Program-made: the position numbers and the translations under genes
Shown here: positions 17,401 to 32,080 of the stretch, piece by piece
Layout of the letters: every line of letters starts with the position of its first letter
How positions within the stretch are numbered: the stretch's first letter is position 1
Notes under the pieces: model-generated
Told to the model about the DNA's origin: nothing
What the model saw: the letters and a program-made list of their open reading frames with translations, nothing else
Databases searched by the model: none
Source of the DNA: the human T2T-CHM13v2.0 reference genome, Homo sapiens
Reading direction: 5' to 3' (one strand)
NCBI RefSeq assembly: GCF_009914755.1
Contig: NC_060931.1
DNA: 64,000 nt

Positions 17401-19024
17401 GTTTATAGCATAATCTTTGAGTATAGCATACAAAATATCATTCAGCCGATTTTTTTGTACCAGAAATTTCCAAAATCAACTGAATAATTTACTTTTTTTT
17501 CCCTTAAATTACTCTACAGTAATCTCTGTGGAAGAAGGTGAACTGCATTTACAATTGCTTGAAATAGTGAGAAAAGTTACAAAAAGAAACTACAAATACA
17601 AAACAGGCAATATCTGATAAAATAAATACACTCTGTCACTATGTTAAACACCAGAATTTTTGTATTTCTATAGAGAACACCCCAACTATCAGACCTTTTT
17701 GAAGCATTATTCGCATTTACATTCAACAAATATTTAACCTAATCCTTATAATCATCCACCATTTTTCAAACTTTGGAAATCCAGATTTAGAAAGATAAAG
17801 CAGACCTCTTAAATAGGAAGTGGCAAATCTAAGATCTGAACCTTGATCATCTGCTTCCAAATCCTGGGCTGGTTAAGAAAAATATTAGATTTAAAAAAAT
17901 CTAAAATACATTCAAAGGCTTTAATTCCGCCTAGTGTTTTTCAGTGCCAGATAATTTTGTAACAGGCAATTCTCAGTAATTGTAAAACACACAAATGATG
18001 ACTTTCACTGTTTTTAGTAATAAGAGTAAATCAATGCAATTCTCAGTCATTTTGCTTAATGGAGCACATTGAAAAACAAAAGAGCTATACTCCCTGTTTT
18101 TTTCTAATATTTTCTGATGAATTTCAATAGCTAGACTCTCACCATACTTTAAAGATCGTCATTCTTCCTTAAAAGCAAAAGGCAATTTAATGAGATACTT
18201 GCAGTAGATAAAGTTGCCGTATTTGATGTTTCCATGTTTTATTTTCTGGGAGATGACACAGAACAATGTTGTCTGAGATTGTGAATTTCCATACAGAGGG
18301 ATCATTGAAGCACCCGTCGTTCATAAAACACTCTGTCATGCTGGAGACAAAACTATCAAATTTTATTAAAACTTAGTTATCTCAAGTCAAGCTTTACATT
18401 TCCAAATAGAAATAGTGAACTGCAATGTGTCAGAACTCTAAATTTCATTACCACAGCAGGTGTCATTATTTGGCACATAGGACTAGGGTTTGTGATAACT
18501 ACATCATACAACTCCAAAGGAAATAGCAGAAATGTTCTTTGAAAGCACTCTTCTATGTCTAAGATAATACCATTTTTGAGCAGTCCAGCCTAAGAATGAA
18601 AAAATATATATAGAAATACTGAGGTAAAGGCCATGATGATTTTCATATTACCCACAATTAAAGTTTGAAATTCCAGGAAAGCATTTTTAGATATTATAGT
18701 ATCAGGAAAATATAAGGAAAGAAAATTAGCTCAAGATTTCCAATCTGACTTTGTGCTAGCAAATAATGTTATGCAAAATAATATCTATTATTAATATATA
18801 ATAATATCTATTATGTTTTAAAAAATAAAATAATATCTATTATAATTATAATCCCATAATTTTTTCTTATCTCTGGTAAAATATCTGCTCTTTATGTTAT
18901 CTCAAGTCAAATTATACAGTTTAGAAATGAGTGAGAGATACTTGGAATCATCTTTCCTCATTCATAGGCATCTCAAGGAAGAAATCATAATAGAATGATA
19001 TCTATTATTTTATTTTGTAGTGTT

Positions 19025-19255
19025 TATTTTTATTTTATAAAATTTTTCCATAATTTATTGGGGTACCGGTAGTATTTGCTTACATGAGTAAGTTCTTTAG
19101 TGGTGGTTTGTGGGATCCTGGCGCACCCATCACCTGAGCAGTATATACTGCACCATCTGTGTTGTCCTTTATCCCTTGCTCCCTTCCCACGCTTTCCCCC
19201 AAGTCCCCAAAGTCCATTGGTTCATTCTTATGCTTTTTTGTCCTCATAGCTTAGA
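19025..19255 (-). mobile_element. L1 3' end fragment (L1PB-like)
   Basis: T-rich tail followed by TACATGAGTAAGTTCTTTAGTGGTG...CACCCATCACCTGAGCAGTATA. Confidence 0.75.
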
Positions 19256-19849
19256 TAGAATAGCCAGATATAAATTTAGATGGCTAAACATTTATATATC
19301 ATCAGTAAAATTTCGGTCCAATTCTCATTTCTAAAAATTTTGGTACTAGAGAGCACTCTACTTTTATGATTAAAAATTTTAAGAATCTTCCTTTAAGACA
19401 AAATATGACTCCTTTTAATTTTTCTCCCTGGATCCAATATCCCCTTATTGTATAAAAGAGTGTCCATTTCCTTCTCATGGACAACCTTTAAAATATTTAA
19501 ATAAAACTAATTTTAACCGCCACCAACCCTCAATCATATCATGTCCAAAATAACCTTTCCAACCTCCTTAATCTATTTTTTTTTACAATAAGGTTTATTA
19601 TTTCCTTTTATCAGTGCAGTTTTGGATGTGCACCATTTAAAAAATAAGGTCTTTCTTTAAAAATGCTCATAAAGTAAATAGAATAATACAAATATAGTGT
19701 CAGGAAGGCAAATTGTTTCTAATACGTCTTTTGACCTAAATGGTGAATGCCTATTGTTAAAGCTTCAGATTATTAAAGTTTCAACAGCAACCCTGTCGAA
19801 CTATTGGCTAATTCCGATAATTTTCAATTAAATCACCAACATTATTTGT

Positions 19850-20210
19850 TTTTAATTTGAGTTATTATCCAGCCACCAGTCTAATTGATTTCATATTTGT
19901 GCAACTGATTTTCTAATAGAAATATAGTACTTTGTTGTTTTCTTTTTCTATTACATTTAATTTTCCTTGTTCCTGTGCCTTTATTCAAGTTGCTGATAAA
20001 AACTCTAATCTGAAAAGTCCGAGCAAAACTCTGTGGCACATTCCCAGTAAGCTAAATTCCAGATGGGCATCAAGCATTAATCAATATCCCAGGGCATACT
20101 ATTAAACCTGTTAAAACTCTACCAAACTTTTTGCCATTCTGCTCACAAGAGTATCATGCGAGTTTGTCAAATGCCTAGTTGAAACATAGACTCACTATGT
20201 CGATGGCCCA
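19850..20210 (-). mobile_element. CR1/L3-like fragment
   Basis: TTTGTCAAATGCCTAGTTGAAACATAGA and related motifs resembling antisense CR1 RT. Confidence 0.4.
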
Positions 20211-21570
20211 TATGAGGCCCATAAAGAAAATTCAGAGCTCTTAAAAAGTTGCTATGAATCTGTAATCCCATAATTTTTCCTTATCTCTGGTAAAATATCT
20301 GCTCTTTATCTTACCTCAAGTCGTACCAGAGAGTTTAGAAATGGGTGAGAGACATCGGGGATCATCATTCCTCATTCATAGGAGTCTCAGGGTAGAAATC
20401 ATAATGACCATATTTCATTTTTTTTTCTATGTCTGTGCCCTTGTGTGATAGTAGCATAGTTGCTTGACAGCATATTGAAGAGTCTTCATTACTCACTGCC
20501 ATTTTCTTTCATGTCCTAGAAGTGAAAAAATGTTGTTTGGTTCCAGTTGACCACGATTGTATCTGATCTTTTCTTCTGTTTTATTTGTTTGTTTCCTAAC
20601 AGTTTATGTTTCTCAACATAAAATACTATCGTCGTCATGCCAGACTGCTCTCTAGGATCACCTTGTTTTCTCACCACAATGCCTTAGAAGGGAGCAGAGA
20701 GCTCAGGGTGTCACTAGTCAGCTTATATCTCATCTCATGTTATTTGAACAATAGGACTCTTTAGGAGATATAAGAACATTATAAATACAAGGTGCAAAAT
20801 GTATGTAATTATGACACCTTTTTAAAGTAAACCATAGCAAATCACATGAAATAGTGCTTTCTTGATACAATATTATTATCGTTTCTTCTACAAACATTAT
20901 TTCAGTTAAGGAGAGTGTGCAAGGGCTCTCCTGGCTACCTGAGCAAGCATTTGAAAGATTCATTATATTTCCTAGGGTTAAAAACTATTTTCCTGGAGTT
21001 TCTAAAAATGAGAGCCTGCCATAAAATTGTGAAGTTTCATGGGAAAAGCAAAGTAACTTTTAAACAACTGAAATTTTTAACTATTTTCTAGAATAAAAAG
21101 TATAGAAGGTCAGTGGATCACAGCTATTGTTTTAGCTGAAAAAAAAACGGAATAAGTTGATCATGGTTAGGTAGATTATAATTTTATTATTACTTGGTAA
21201 AATTGAATTGTTTGGGCCCTGGTAATCCTCGGCTATTTGTGTGTATAGATTAAAGCTCCTGGTTCTCACTTAACCAAACTGAAAAGCACTAATTGTCAGA
21301 GAAAGAAATGAAGTTTTTTTCTAGTGACTTGTTTTCGAAACAACGCCACTTACATATTTTCATGTTGTCACATTTACATCTGAGAATTATTGGTGGAAAA
21401 CACAAATGGCATAACTATTAAAAATGGGTTTCTAATCATAATTCAACATGACTTTGCATCAAATAGAAATACCAAATTGAGAAAAGGAAATGAGTGTTTG
21501 ACTAAATAAATGTAATGAAATGGTAGTAAAAGAGTCAAAAATTATTCTTTGCATTTTCTGTCTTTTCAGT

Positions 21571-21571
<1 letters not shown>

Positions 21572-21616
<45 letters not shown>

Positions 21617-21641
21617 CTCTATCTATCATCTATCTATCATC
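21572..21641. repeat. (TCTA)n tetranucleotide STR
   Basis: About 11 pure TATC units followed by interrupted units. Confidence 0.95.
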
Positions 21642-22299
21642 TTGATGTATTGATTCATTGATTGTGGTAGGCATGAGCTTATTATGTAAAATAAGATATG
21701 TGCTTCAGTGACACTGTTTTTGCCAAGAGGTGTTGCTTTGAGGCCTTCCATAGCAGCTTCCTGGGCATCTGGGCATTGATGGGCTTGCGAATGAGCTGAG
21801 TTGGCAGCTGCGGCACTACTGGTTGTAGTCTTGCTAGTATGCTTTCAACTGTATCCCCTTGGGATATCAGCTCCCTTACCTCATCAGTGCAGCTCTCACC
21901 CATGATAATGTTTGTCATAAATGTGACACAAATCCAGTCCCCATGCTGTATCTGCTTATGTTAGCCAATGGAGCCACACAGTGGATTAGAATAACGCACA
22001 AGGACACTGGAGGAAGTTGTTCATAAGAGACAAAGAGAGCATATACAGACAGTGGACATGAAACATTTAATTGAGTGAAGCTTTTTTTTCTGATTTGAAA
22101 ATAAATATATGTTAGGGTAAAAAAACCAAGCCTGTAAAGGAAAACAGAAAAATTGGAGTTAATAAAGGGACCCACAGCTTCACTACTCAAAGAAAACTAT
22201 CGCTAAAATTTGGGTTGCATGTAACTCTTTCTAATGTGCATATATGTGTATGAACAACATATTTGATGATGTGCAGTACTTTATTTAAACTTTTGCCTG

Positions 22300-22718
22300 G
22301 TACATTAGGCCATTCTTGCATTGCTATAGGAAATTCCTAAGATCGAGTAATTTATAAGGAAATGTTTAATTTGCACACAGTTCTTCATGCTTTACAGGAA
22401 GTGTGGTGCTGATATCTGCTAGGCTTCTAGGGAGGACTCAGGAAGTTTACATTTATGGTGGAAGGTGAAGGAAGGGCAGATGTGTCACATGGCAGAAGCA
22501 GGAGCAAGAGTGAGAGTGAGGACGTGCCACACACATTTCAATGACTAGATCTTGTGAGAACTCACTGTCACAAGGACAGCACCAAGGGGATGGTGCTCAA
22601 CCATTCCTGAGAAATCCTCCCCCATGATCCAGTGACCTCCCTCCAGGCCCCACCTCCAACACTGAGGATTACAATTCAACATGAGATTTGAGTGGGGATG
22701 TACATTCAAACTGTGTCA
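22300..22718 (-). mobile_element. MST-type MaLR solo LTR (MSTA-like)
   Basis: CATTCTTGCATTGCTATA...ACAATTCAACATGAGATTTG...AAACTGTGTCA. Confidence 0.8.
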
Positions 22719-22959
22719 CCTACTATTGTCTGTTTCGTTCATTCCAATTGTTTGATCTGATAAATAATTCTATAGAAGACAGTGTAGGCTGAATTGTTCA
22801 AACATTTTGCCATATTTCAAGTTAAGTTCCCAGAAGTTGGGTTTATTAAAATTTAAATATTTTAAGACTCATTACATATATACACAAACTACATGATAAA
22901 AGAGTTATGTCAGTTTACGTTGTGACCATGATACAGTGGATTTAAAACTTTTTATTACA

Positions 22960-23085
22960 TTTCTTTTTCTTTAGTAGAGATGAAGTTTTACTATATTGCC
23001 CAGGCTGGTCTCAAATTCCTAGGCTCAGTCAGTTCTCCCGCCTCGGCCTCCCAAAGTGCTGGGATTACAGGCCACCCTGCCTAGC
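22960..23085 (-). mobile_element. FLAM / Alu left-monomer fragment
   Basis: CAGGCTGGTCTCAAATTCCT...CCTCCCAAAGTGCTGGGATTACAGG, single arm only. Confidence 0.8.
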
Positions 23086-24309
23086 CATGATATGATAGTC
23101 TTATAATAAAAAATCCCTCTCACATTTTTTTTAGAAAAAAAAATCCCTCCTCTTCTTTACAAAATATGTAATGATTTGCCTTTATTTTACTTGTCCAATT
23201 TCTAACACAGTCCCTATTAAGTTAGAAAGCTCCACAATTGGAATCACATAATAAATAATATTAACTAAATGGCTTAAAATAACACAAGGAACCCCAAGAA
23301 GAGAGCTTAGATTTTATGTAAGTATTCAGTAGTCACCTACTTGTATTCCACTAAATTGTGAACTCCAAAAACAGTGTTTTTTATTTAAAGATAAATTTTT
23401 ATTCAATACCTGTTTTGTATTAGGCATTTTCTCATTTTTTGAGAATGCAAAGGAAAGCAAGATAGAGGATTTCAGCTACTATGCATGAGACAGCAAGGCA
23501 AGGGGACCAGTTGAATATCAGGCTCAATGTCATATGTCTGGAATTTATCTTTACACAGATGGTATTTGTAAGGGTATATATAGACCAAAAATAAGGTGAG
23601 CTTGGAAATTGATGATTTCACATTAATTTTCTGCATGTCACATTTGAGGAATGGATTTTACTTTAAGAATAAATAATCTCTTGACAGCCTATGCATCAGA
23701 ATCCATGTAGGAAATAGTGAATTAGTCATAGTTCAAAGTTGATCATCTATTTATTTGGATGTTAATATTAAATCATAAAAATACAATATTCGACAAGTGG
23801 ATAATGTTATTGCTGGGATGCTTGAACAAAATGTTCAATTATTTTAAATGTTATCAAATCATTTAAAATTGAAATTTGGAAGTTTTATTTCCACAGGAGT
23901 AAAACTGAATCATTTAATGTGACAATGTCCAGGACAGAGTTTCTTAATCAAAACCCTCGTTAGAGAAATTTAACTCCTTATATTACATTTTACGGCTTTT
24001 GTTTTAATTTTATCTACCACTATAGTCAATGATAAAATGTGAATAAATAGAAAGAAAAATATTGTCATTTTATTGTCTTCTTTCTATTGATATAATTACC
24101 AGAGTCTTCTCAAAGAGGGCATTAAAAACTCTCTTAGGGCACTGAAAGTCCTTTTTACTCGGTTTGAGGTTTCTTAAAAGGAGTAAATGAAAAAGTAGGG
24201 TAGTGGCTTAGAGAAATCCACCCTGGAGAAGACATGAACAGAAAAATAATTACTTATAAATGGGACAAGTTGATGTAAAATTTGTAAAGATGGGTTGGAG
24301 AGTTTTGGC

Positions 24310-24480
24310 AAAAATGTGAGCTCTGGAGGAAGCCTGTTGGGTTCAATTCCTGTTCTGTGCACTGTTCTTTCTTTTATATTGTTAGTTTTCTCAACTGCAA
24401 AGCAGTGTAACACAGTCGCTATGATTGCTATGAAGGTTAAATGAAATAAGACGTGAAGACCATTTAGCATACAGTCCAAC
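24310..24480 (+). mobile_element. MIR
   Basis: GGGTTCAATTCCTG B-box-like motif and TGAAGGTTAAATGA core. Confidence 0.6.
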
Positions 24481-25723
24481 AAATACAATTGAGATTTATA
24501 GGCTCAGAAGTTACCATTAGTAATATTCAAGCACCTGGAAATCTCACACTTAATATTAAGAACAAATAATGAAATAGGCCTAAAGACTAAGATGAGTTAT
24601 AATTGTATTATACTTAGTGCAATAAATTAGACAAACCAGGAATAGAGAGATTGTTTTACTCTTCAAAGCCTTAGAAAGCTATGGCTGTCACAGAAGCTGT
24701 TGAAATTAGTGAGGATATTATATGTCAGTGGGTAGGAGAGGAAATGAAATAAGACTGGCCACATAGTCATCAATGGTGTTTAGAGTAGCCACATTGTTTC
24801 ATAAGAACATTCTTGTCAACATATGAGAACTGGAGGGTGAAGATTAAAAAAAGAGAGAGAGACAGTGATATGCAGGATGAGCTCAGTTACACCGAATGCT
24901 GACTTTATCACACTGCAGTTACAGAAAAGGAAGAAAAGGCCTTAGTTAAAATATAAATAATATATCAAGAAAGCGGAAGCAAGGTTCAGTGAAATAAAAC
25001 ACAAAAATCTAAGAAAAGATTAAAGGGAAGTATCTTGATATTGTGTATTTTTGAAAGGGCTGGGACAAAATGCATTTTGGTGTACACTGTAAAGAAAGAT
25101 AATGCTAAAATCATAGACTAAATAAATACATATGAAAGTAAATTTACACAGAAAATTAGAAGTATATTTTTTGTTTGTTTTCTTATGCATTTTTTATATG
25201 GACCAGCACAGTCTATAGCATGTGGTCCCACTTATGAGAAACTTCGTGTTTATTTGTTCAATATAAATGTTTTCAATTTTTTTGTATGTTAACAAAGAAA
25301 AAATATATGAAAGTAAAAGGAAGAAAAGAAATTACTCAACATAAATTGGGAGATGATTTTTTGTCTCTCTGTGAAGCAGATAAAATGGTCAGTATATAAC
25401 TTCAGTCTCTGTGTCCAGAGCAGGGGTTCCTAACATGAGGTCAATACTCTTGAGATTAAAATATTTGGTGTATGAGATGATACTCTAGGGTGATAATTCA
25501 GAGCTTTCATCTGATTCTCAAGAACATTGATGATCCCTTTCCTTAAAGCTCAGAAACAAGCGATCGGGAGAAAGATAAGTAAATGTGACTAATGCATACA
25601 TGAGGCATGCCATTTGTATTTATGGATTAGCTTTTAGTGGTAATGGTTTAGAGGAAAGCAGTGCTAAGCTCACATGGGCAGGAAAGCAGGCAGCATACTG
25701 AACTGGCTAATATTAAAATGTAG

Positions 25724-26098
<375 letters not shown>

Positions 26099-26151
26099 TT
26101 ATAATGTACTAAAAAATATGGCAAAGTGACAGATAAAGAAAGTTGTCTTCC

Positions 26152-27426
26152 AAAATAAGCAATGGGGAAAGGACTCCCTATTCAATAAATGGTGCTGGGA
26201 TAACTGGCTAGCCATATGCAGAAAATTGAAACTAGACCCTTTCATTTCCCCTTATTAAAAAATCAACTCAAGATGGATTAAAGATGTAAATGTAAAATCT
26301 AATACTATAAAAGCCCTGGAAGATAACCTAGGAGATACCATTCTGGACATAGGACCTGGCAAAGATTTCATGATGGTGACATCAAAAGCAATGACAGCAA
26401 AAACAAAAATGGACAAATTGGACCTAATTAAACTAAAGATCTTTTATTCAGGGGAAAAAAAAAGAGCAAAGTAAACAGACAATCTACAGAATGGGAGAAA
26501 ATAGTTACAAACTGTGCATCCAACAGCAGTCTAATATCCGTAATCTATAAGGGGCTTAAACAAGTTTACAGGCAAAAAACAACCTCATTAAAAAGTGGGC
26601 AAAAGACATGAACAGAATTTTCCAAAGAAGGCATACACGTGGCCAAAAGGCAAATGAAAAATGCTGAACATCACTAATCATTAAAGAAATGCAAATCAAA
26701 ACTACAATGAGATACCATCTCACATCAGTCAGAATGGCTATTATTAAAAAGTCAAAAAATAACAGATGCTGGTGAGGTTGTAGAGAAAAGGGAATGCTTA
26801 TACACTGCTAGTGGGAATGCAAATTAGTTCAGCTACTGTAGAAAGTAGTTTGACGGTTTCTCAAAAATTTCAAAACAGAATTACCGTTCCATCCAGCAAT
26901 TCCATTATTGCATGTATACCCAAAGGAATATAAGTCATTCTACCATAAAGGCACACGCACACATATGTGCGTCACACCACTATTCACACTAGCAAAGACA
27001 TGGAATCAACCTAAATGCCCATCAGCAGTGGACTGGATAAAGAAAATGTGGTACACATTTTATACACCGTGGAATACTGTGCATTCACAAAAAGGAATGA
27101 TCATGTCCTTTGGAGCAACAAGCTAGAGGCCATTGTCCTAAGCGAATTGACACAGGAACACAAAACCAAATACCACATGTTCTCACTTGTCAGTGGGAGC
27201 TAAACATTGAGTACATATGAGCACAAAAAAGGGAATGACAGAGACTGGGGGCTACTTGAGGATGGAGGGAGGGAGGAGCATAAGGATTTAAAAACTACCT
27301 ATTTAGGACTATGCTTATTACCTGATTGACAAAATAATCTATACACCAAACCCCTGCGAACAAACAATTTACATATGTAACAAACCTGTACATGTTCCCC
27401 TGAACCTAAAATAAAAGTTAAAAAAT
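26152..27426 (+). mobile_element. 5'-truncated L1PA (older, ~L1PA13-16), ORF2 end plus 3' UTR
   Basis: KTWNQPKCPSAVDWIKKMW; AATAAA and A tail; TSD AAAG(T/C)TGTCTTCCAAA on both sides. Confidence 0.9.
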
Positions 27427-27582
27427 AAAGCTGTCTTCCAAAGGAAACCTATGGAAGTTCTATACAAAGGCAAAGCATATATGAAATATATGGTCTTCTA
27501 AATATTCATGTTAAGATAATCAGTAAATGCCTGGAAGACATAGATTGGCTTAGAATGTTATAAAAATGCTAATAATTTATAG

Positions 27583-28100
<518 letters not shown>

Positions 28101-28841
28101 TAGGGAAAAATATTTTTAAAATTTAAAGAAGTAATACAATATTTACAATTCAAAAAAGTGAATATTTACAATGAGGAGAGAAATGAAAATAAATTATACT
28201 TTGATTCCTTCTTAACATGACAACAAAATCTCAAGATTTTCAAATGAGAAAATAGGTAATTTAGGCTTTTTTTGCATGGTTCTTCAGAATTTATGATTGT
28301 AGTATTCTACAGAATATGCTCTCAAAATACAGGGATTTCAATAAATTCCATATTGCATGATTATTATAAAAATATGGAAAAGTGTGTTGATGGGGGATGC
28401 TAAAGTTCTCTGCTTATAATTTTATGCAGCTTATTATTAGATTTATCCACAGACTAGCTTCAGGCTCTGAACATTTCTAACTTTTTTTTCTTTCCTTCCC
28501 ACTTTCTTCTGAAACTTGGAGTGTTATTGTATAGGACACAATTTTATGTGATATGACTCTCAGAATATGACATCTAGCCTCACAACCTTATGTCACAACA
28601 TGGGGTCTGTTGGCACAACATTCTGTAAGCGTATATTTGGAACTCATTTCTATATCAAAATAGCTAACAATAGCTTAATTCTATATGGAAGTAACTGCAA
28701 ACAATTTAACTTCCTCTTACTAACCGAAACTAAATGTACCCCCACTTAACATTTTGTTACTCAGACTCTAGAAATATTATCAGACACTCCACCACCACTT
28801 GACACAAGGAAAAGGTCATAGAGGGAATTAAGAGCAGAATT

Positions 28842-29211
<370 letters not shown>

Positions 29212-31123
29212 CTAGAAATTTTGCAAAAATTTTATGAAAAACAAATGACCAAGTGAACACCTAGTTTCATACCCAGGACTTTAAAGGTGGTCTATGCAAG
29301 TGGGAAATTTGAAGCTCAAACATTGTATATGCCCACATAAATCTACCTATAGGCTAATGTCTATTTGTGGATAAGGGAATTTAGAAAGACTATCCAAAAA
29401 GTTAACCATATTATAGAAAAGATGAAGATAAAGCAACCAAGGGAAAAACACTGGAAATATAAACATTATGAGATGTAAAGAAACTTTATTTTAACATTAG
29501 TCAATATGTCCACTTGTGTATTGCTGAAGGGAGAACTAGAGTCTTAAAGAAAAAGTGATTGTTCCTGATAGAACAATAATTTATTGCAAAGTACACAGTC
29601 TTATAAACACTACCCTTTGCTGGAACATGATAAGATTTGTGTTCATGGTTCTTCATATTCACTCTTGCTCCAGAGTCAATCTTGAAATAAAAATAAGATA
29701 ATTCCAGTTCATTTTCAGAGTCCTCTCAGTCCATCTGTGTCATTTCCCTGTCCCTGACCCCATCTCTGGATCCCATTGCTGTTATGATTCCAAGTGGATG
29801 GGAGACCATCTTCTTGGCTTTATGTTGGGCAAGTTTGCATGTAATATTCAGTTTTGTTTGCTCTCTCTCTACTCTGTTTCAACCCAAGATTGCAAGCTGT
29901 ATTTCTTAACAATTATTTATTAATTATAGATAAAATACTAGATGTTATTGGCAATAACATAAGAGTAACATAAATATTAAAGTTAAGTTAGAAAAGCATT
30001 GAATTAAAAATAGTCTATGTAAAATTCCAATCTTGTTAGGAAAATCAGGCCTAAAACAAAGTTCTACAAATGAGTCCTCTGTCATTTTAGATGGTATAAG
30101 TTAATTTATAATGGAAGTTTGCATTTTATCAGAGGATAATCAAATGACTGACTTGCTGCATTTGAAAGCCTTCTGATACTAAAACAGTCTGTATAGGAGA
30201 AAAATGGGGGAAAGAAGGACTTCCTGGTGAGAGTAAAAATATAGAATTCAAGCCTACAAATAAAATTGAACTTGATTTTTTTCTGTGGATACTTTCTCGT
30301 ATTCTGGGTTAATTTTCTTTATAATATTTTGAAAGGAAGTAAAATATGCAGAGTGCCAAAGACAGCAACAGAAACCTCCCATACTCCTGAGGCTTTAGGA
30401 ACACCTGTCATGAAAGTGGGTTTGGCTGACGTAGGAATAACAGTGATACAATATGAGTGCCTTTTATTTTTGACAGTCTCTGCGTTTATCAATTGCAAAT
30501 GTACGGTGTATACAGCCAGCAATTTGTCAAAGAGTGTTGTAGAAATATGTCTGACCCACATAAAAAGACCCTATGCGTAGAAAAGTTTTGTTTATCTGAA
30601 CTGTATGCTCAGTAATCTAACGGGGAAATAAGAACAACAGGTTTCTAATCTTTCTTGGCCACTGAGAAAAGGGGCTTCATATGTTGTAAAATGCAGTTAC
30701 ATGCTATCTAAAGTAATAATAAAGATTGTTTTCAGTCCTACTCTTAACTTCCTACAATTTAGACATTACCAGTAGAATTCTTTTCTAAAGTTCCTACGAA
30801 GTCAATACCTCCTGTCTGTCTATTGCATGCTTTACACTCAGGACTAGAGTCTAAATCCAAGCTGAGCAATTTATTGCCATTATGATTTTAGGCAATTAGA
30901 ATTAAGGTTTTCTTCCATAGCTCATAAACAAAAATAGTATCACTTAATGATTAGGCATAAAATTGCTGAGATGTAATATAAGAGAAATATTTTGCATGCA
31001 TCCTAAAATTCTATAGTTAATGTACACACACGCTCATACACAATTAGGCGTGCCATGTCCATCTTTTCTAATAAAATGTAGTTTTAATTTTTAAAAATGA
31101 TACAATGTACTTTACCTAACATG

Positions 31124-31695
31124 TATATTTTATATATATATTATATATATATGATATATATATTATATATATTATATATATTATATATTATATATATATA
31201 ATATATATATTATATATATTATATATAATATATATGTTATATATTATATATATTATATATTATATATATGTTATATATTATATATATTATATATAATATA
31301 TATAATATATAACATATATAATATATAACATATATATTATATATATAATATATATCATATATAATATATTATATTATATCATATATAATATATTATATTA
31401 TATCATATATCATATATATGATATTATATCATATATCATATATATGATATTATATCATATATCATATATATGATATTATATCATATATATTATATCATAT
31501 ATCATATATATGATATTATATCATATATATTATATATTATATTATATAATGTATATTATATATGATATTATATCATATATATTATATATTATATAATGCA
31601 TATTATATATGATATTATATAATGTATATTATATATGATATAATATATGATATATATATTATATATGATATAATATATGATATATATATTATATA
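31124..31695. repeat. AT-rich compound (TA)n minisatellite, about 570 bp
   Basis: Almost exclusively A/T, with modular units such as TATATATGATATTATATCA. Confidence 0.95.
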
Positions 31696-31799
31696 CATGG
31701 TCATGGTAGGTTTTCACGACAGGCATGACACTCAAATCTCTTAAAATAATTTTTACTTCTTTTTAAGTAATCAATCAACATTTGTTTATTTAAACTTTA

Positions 31800-32080
31800 A
31801 ACTTTCTAATTCGTATTTTTTAAATTAATTGTAATTGACAATTGTATAAATTTATGGGTTGCAATGTGATTTTTTTCAACTTTTGTTTTAGATACAAGGG
31901 CTACATATTCATGTTTGTTACAAGAGTATATCGTGTGATGCTGAGGTTTGGGGTACAATTGAACCTTTCATCCAGGTAGTGAGTATGGTACCCAAAGGAT
32001 ACTTTTCTAACCCTTTCCCCCTCCCTTGCTGTCCCCACTTGTAGTTCCCATTGTCTATTGTTCCCGTATTTATGTCCAAA
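31800..32080 (-). mobile_element. L1 3' end fragments
   Basis: TTTTTCAACTTTTGTTTTAGATACAAGGGCTACAT...GTCTATTGTTCCCGTATTTATGTCC. Confidence 0.7.

Noticed and set aside
30266-30580. Overlapping 104-aa and 80-aa ORFs on opposite strands
   Set aside because: No recognisable homology or convincing splice signals; expected by chance.
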